IMG/VR virus record: IMGVR_UViG_3300045988_134806 | Span: 1-64,000 of that record | Direction: 5' to 3' (one strand) | From: a virus | DNA: 64,000 nucleotides | Shown here: piece after piece, positions 60,770-64,000 of the stretch | Layout of the letters: the number at the start of each line of letters is the position of its first letter | Numbering within the stretch: position 1 is the stretch's first letter | Notes under the pieces: generated by a model | Database searches by the model: none | Told to the model about the DNA's origin: nothing | What the model saw: only the letters and a program-made list of their open reading frames with translations | Position numbers and translations under genes: made by a program

Positions 60770-62634
60770 CCACGCTTTCCCTCTCCAACTTCAACGGCCT
60801 CATCCCTCGCACGGGCCCGGCCAACCTCGATCCGACAAATGCTCAGATCGCAGTCAATACTCGCCTTCAGTCAGGCGAGATTAAGTCTTGGAAAGGAAAG
60901 ACAGTCGAATACCAGACGATCCAAGAGGGCGTGCAGACGATCTTTAAGCTCGAAGGGCCTTCCGGTGAAGGCGCTTGGGCGGAGTGGACAGTAGACACGG
61001 ACGTGGTTTTCAGCCCGATGGCAGACTTGAAGGAACATCGCTTCTACTACTCCGAAGCCGGTATTTGCAAAAAAGCTAACTGGACGATGGCCCATGACGG
61101 TCTTGATGGTACGCCGATCCCGAGAAACTGGCTCTATCTTGGTGTTCCTCGCCCCAATAAGGCGCCTCACGCTACAGCTACCCGCACAGACACGAGTCCT
61201 GAGAACACGGAAGAGCGAGCCTATGTCTATACCTACGTGAGCACATTCGGAGACGTGAAGGAAGAGTCCGCTCCGTCGGATGCCTGCAATGTCACGGCCG
61301 ATATCGTTGGTGGCAAAGTCGTTTTTGACGAGTTCCCGGTTGCGCCCACCGAGCACTACAACATCACGGCTCTGCGTCTTTATCGTGCAGTCATCGGATC
61401 GTCCGAGATCTCCTACATGCTTGTGGACGAGTTCACAGTCGTCAAAGGCGAGGTAGTCACTTCCAAGAGGTCTCTCAACGGCGTTCGTTTCGAGGACGGC
61501 AAGTACCCGGACACGAGAAAGACCGAGCAGCTCGGCATTGTCTTAGAGTCGATGTACTACGAAGAGCCGCCGGAAGGCTTGCGCGGGCTTGTGAATATGC
61601 CGAACGGCATGATTGCAGGGTTTGTCGGAAATCAGGTGTGGTTCTGCGAGCCCTACCTGCCGCACGCGTGGCCGTCAACCTACATGCTGACGACTGATGC
61701 TCAGATCGTGGGTTTGGGTGTCTACGGTAACACTCTGGTGGTCTGCACAGAGCGCCAGCCCTTTACGATTGCCGGTACTCATCCGGCCGCCATGACGCAG
61801 GAAAAGCTTCCTATGCTGCAACCCTGCGTCAATAAACGTTCCATCGCATACGACCAGTACGGCGTGCTTTACGCCTCATCCAACGGTCTAGTGGTAATTG
61901 CTGGTGGGCAGATGGATGTATTTTCCCGTCCTTTGTTCACACGAGAAGGCTGGCTAGAGTATAACCCTGTAGTAATGGTAGGCTCCATGTATAACAACAA
62001 CTACCTGTGCGGCTACCAGCAGGGCAACACTTCCGGCATGTTTGTTTTCGCTCGCGGTGATACCCCTGCGTTAATTAAAGTTGAGTTCGACCCGGTTTGC
62101 CTTTTCGTGGAAAGAATCACGGGCTACGTTTACGGACTGTCGCATGCCGACGGGATCGTTTACCGCTTGGACGCTTCCTCTACAAACCTCATGGGCTACA
62201 CGTGGAAGAGCAAGATGTTCGTTTATCCGCGCTCGGTCTCGTTTTCCTGCGCCAAGCTCGATGCAGAGTTTGACGACAAAGAAGTGGCTGACATGCTTAA
62301 CAAGCAGCGGCAGGACATCATCGACTACAACCGCACACAAGCTGAAAAATACAAGGGGCAGTGCCTGCTGGGGTGCTTAAACGATGTGCCGGTGAACACT
62401 TGGACAGTAAACGGCGGAGTGCTCTTGGATGTTCCCGAGGAAGCGGAGGTGCGCTATGTGCAGCTCACGTTCTACTCCGACGGGAAAGCGATCTATACCA
62501 AGGACGTGGAAAACTGCGTTGCGTTCCGATTGCCCGCATACAACGGCTATCGCTGGGAAGTTCGCATGGCAGGACACCTGCCGATTAGGGCGTTTCAGAT
62601 GGCAACCTCAATGGCGGAGCTGGTAGGCGAATGA
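60766..62634 (+). CDS. large tail structural protein (622 aa)
   Basis: Long ORF in the structural operon. No diagnostic motif. Confidence 0.6.
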   Translation: MTTLSLSNFNGLIPRTGPANLDPTNAQIAVNTRLQSGEIKSWKGKTVEYQTIQEGVQTIFKLEGPSGEGAWAEWTVDTDVVFSPMADLKEHRFYYSEAGICKKANWTMAHDGLDGTPIPRNWLYLGVPRPNKAPHATATRTDTSPENTEERAYVYTYVSTFGDVKEESAPSDACNVTADIVGGKVVFDEFPVAPTEHYNITALRLYRAVIGSSEISYMLVDEFTVVKGEVVTSKRSLNGVRFEDGKYPDTRKTEQLGIVLESMYYEEPPEGLRGLVNMPNGMIAGFVGNQVWFCEPYLPHAWPSTYMLTTDAQIVGLGVYGNTLVVCTERQPFTIAGTHPAAMTQEKLPMLQPCVNKRSIAYDQYGVLYASSNGLVVIAGGQMDVFSRPLFTREGWLEYNPVVMVGSMYNNNYLCGYQQGNTSGMFVFARGDTPALIKVEFDPVCLFVERITGYVYGLSHADGIVYRLDASSTNLMGYTWKSKMFVYPRSVSFSCAKLDAEFDDKEVADMLNKQRQDIIDYNRTQAEKYKGQCLLGCLNDVPVNTWTVNGGVLLDVPEEAEVRYVQLTFYSDGKAIYTKDVENCVAFRLPAYNGYRWEVRMAGHLPIRAFQMATSMAELVGE

Positions 62635-62849
62635 AAAAGGTAGTAGCAAGAAAGCCCGTGATTTCTACGATGGGTATGCCCGCGGAGCTCGCGTGGTTTT
62701 TAAAACCCGTGAAGGAAAACATCGAGATGGTGACGGGAGCCAGAGGCGGAGAGTTGAAAGGGCTCAAACCCGAAGCAACTCAGGACGAGATTATTAAGAA
62801 GGTGAACGAGCTTATCGCTCGGATCAACGTGAGCGGAGAGGCGAAGTAA
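62631..62849 (+). CDS. hypothetical protein (72 aa)
   Basis: Coupled small ORF in the structural operon. Confidence 0.5.
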   Translation: MKKVVARKPVISTMGMPAELAWFLKPVKENIEMVTGARGGELKGLKPEATQDEIIKKVNELIARINVSGEAK

Positions 62850-63103
62850 TGGCAAGAATTTCTATTAAGACGGCGAACTACGGGCGCAAAGCTGCCGTAC
62901 GCCAGACCGGTTCTCGCATTTGGCAGCCTCCGCACAGAACAAAACAGGTTCCGGTTAAAGACAGCAAGTTGCCTAAGCCCGCTGAGAAGCAACCGACATT
63001 AACGGCCAAAGACGCAAATAAACTGAAACGAGGGTCCGTTAAGTCGGCTGCCGCTCCGGCAAATGTGAATGTCAAACGCAAGCGCGCGTGGAGTAAGAGA
63101 TGA
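62849..63103 (+). CDS. highly basic protein (84 aa)
   Basis: Lys/Arg-rich (KRKRAWSKR at the C-terminus). Coupled to its neighbours. Confidence 0.5.
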   Translation: MARISIKTANYGRKAAVRQTGSRIWQPPHRTKQVPVKDSKLPKPAEKQPTLTAKDANKLKRGSVKSAAAPANVNVKRKRAWSKR

Positions 63104-63423
63104 GACCCACGATAAAAGTTCTTAGAGGAAGCGATCAGATTGTAAAAATCCCCTTTTGCGGGCATGCAAACTTGGAAGGGTACAAGGCATGGGCTCAGCT
63201 TAGACGCTCTCCCTTCAGCGAAGAAGTTCTTGATGAGCTGACCACTGAGAACGAAAGAATTGTTATTTGTCGCGACCACTTCGATTTGAGCTTCCCCCAC
63301 GATGTTACGCAAAAGTGGAAGTTCAGAAAAGCGGTTTTTGATATTAAAGCACTAAGCCCAAACGGCGGAGAAGTAAGGATGGCCGAAGGGAGGATTTTGG
63401 TGATACCGGAGGTTACACGATGA
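63100..63423 (+). CDS. hypothetical protein (107 aa)
   Basis: Coupled ORF (ATGA overlaps) immediately upstream of the collagen-like fibre gene. Confidence 0.55.
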   Translation: MRPTIKVLRGSDQIVKIPFCGHANLEGYKAWAQLRRSPFSEEVLDELTTENERIVICRDHFDLSFPHDVTQKWKFRKAVFDIKALSPNGGEVRMAEGRILVIPEVTR

Positions 63424-64000
63424 GAGAATTATTTGGCGACTGCCATGACCATTGTCACGATCACTGCCAAGACGGGCGCCTGCTGCAAGGCCCGAAGGGT
63501 GATAAAGGTGACAAAGGCGATAAGGGAGATAAAGGCGACGCTCTGAAGTGGAGCGACCTTACAGATGCTCAGAAAGCTGAAATCAAAGGTGAAAAAGGCG
63601 ACAAAGGCGATAAGGGTGACCGCGGCCTGAAAGGCGATAAGGGCGATGCCTTTACTATTGATGACTTCACCGACGCGCAGCTTGAAAGTTTAAGAGGCCC
63701 GAGAGGCCTAAGAGGCGAGAAAGGCGACACGGGTGAAACCGGTCCCCGAGGCGAGCGCGGAGAAAAAGGCGAACGAGGCGACGAAGGCCCCCGCGGGTAT
63801 CCCGGCAAGGCTCTTACGTTTGAAGAATTGACTGCTGACCAGAAAGCTCAGCTTAAAGGCGACAAAGGCGATCAAGGTTTAGGCTTGGTTGTTAGAGGCG
63901 TTTACAGTTCGTCTAAGCAGTTAATTAACGACCATCCTCATGGCTGTATCGGAGATGCCTATGTTGTCGGTAGAAATATCTGGTTCTGGGATCACGATAA
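63420..64000 (+). CDS. collagen-like tail fibre protein, 3'-truncated by window edge
   Basis: ATG at 63420 overlaps the upstream TGA. N-terminus is [19 protein letters not shown]. Gly-X-Y blocks alternate with a repeated linker, then [16 protein letters not shown]. The frame is open to the window end. Confidence 0.85.
   Translation, partial: MRELFGDCHDHCHDHCQDGRLLQGPKGDKGDKGDKGDKGDALKWSDLTDAQKAEIKGEKGDKGDKGDRGLKGDKGDAFTIDDFTDAQLESLRGPRGLRGEKGDTGETGPRGERGEKGERGDEGPRGYPGKALTFEELTADQKAQLKGDKGDQGLGLVVRGVYSSSKQLINDHPHGCIGDAYVVGRNIWFWDHD
63489..63870 (+). repeat. collagen Gly-X-Y blocks alternating with three copies of a 16-aa linker
   Basis: Linker copies are [32 protein letters not shown] and [16 protein letters not shown], each followed by a GXY run. 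Confidence 0.85.

Noticed and set aside
1-64000. Searched by eye for reverse transcriptase/DGR elements, CRISPR-Cas, toxin-antitoxin pairs, rRNA genes and transposase/IS elements
   Set aside because: No corresponding motifs or repeat architectures were seen. The only mobile elements supported are the two inteins and the HNH-type endonuclease genes.

Overview
The window is essentially one complete, circularly permuted temperate phage genome of about 64 kb; both window edges cut collagen-like tail-fibre genes. Rightward late genes: RHH protein, TerS, TerL (with an intein), portal, scaffold, major capsid, tail and fibre genes (48.2-64.0 kb). These continue at 0-17.7 kb with fibre modules, a lysis cassette (holin, overlapped spanins, GH24 endolysin; the spanins imply a Gram-negative host), putative ejection proteins and a 2652-aa giant protein. 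A repeat-rich attP-like region and a P4-type tyrosine integrase follow (17.7-19.2 kb). A long leftward early/replication arm runs from 47.7 back to 19.2 kb. It encodes Xis-like HTH, DUF3310, MazG-like, ThyA, a tRNA-like gene, primase-helicase, SNF2 helicase, VRR-NUC, Cas4-like nuclease, family-A DNA polymerase (with an intein), a MoxR-AAA/VWA-zincin pair and three tandem arrays of small paralogous ORFs. No tail tube, sheath or tape-measure gene is recognisable, so a podovirus-like virion is only an inference. Most notable findings: (1) a radical-SAM/SPASM enzyme next to a six-Cys small protein inside the tail module; (2) a PolA intein whose homing-endonuclease ORF lies in a different frame from the still-open intein frame; (3) a 93-nt tRNA-like gene with no canonical anticodon arm; (4) overlapping small-gene paralog arrays; (5) an iteron/inverted-repeat/AT-rich non-coding region. 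All functional calls come from motifs read by eye. No database search or computation was run.
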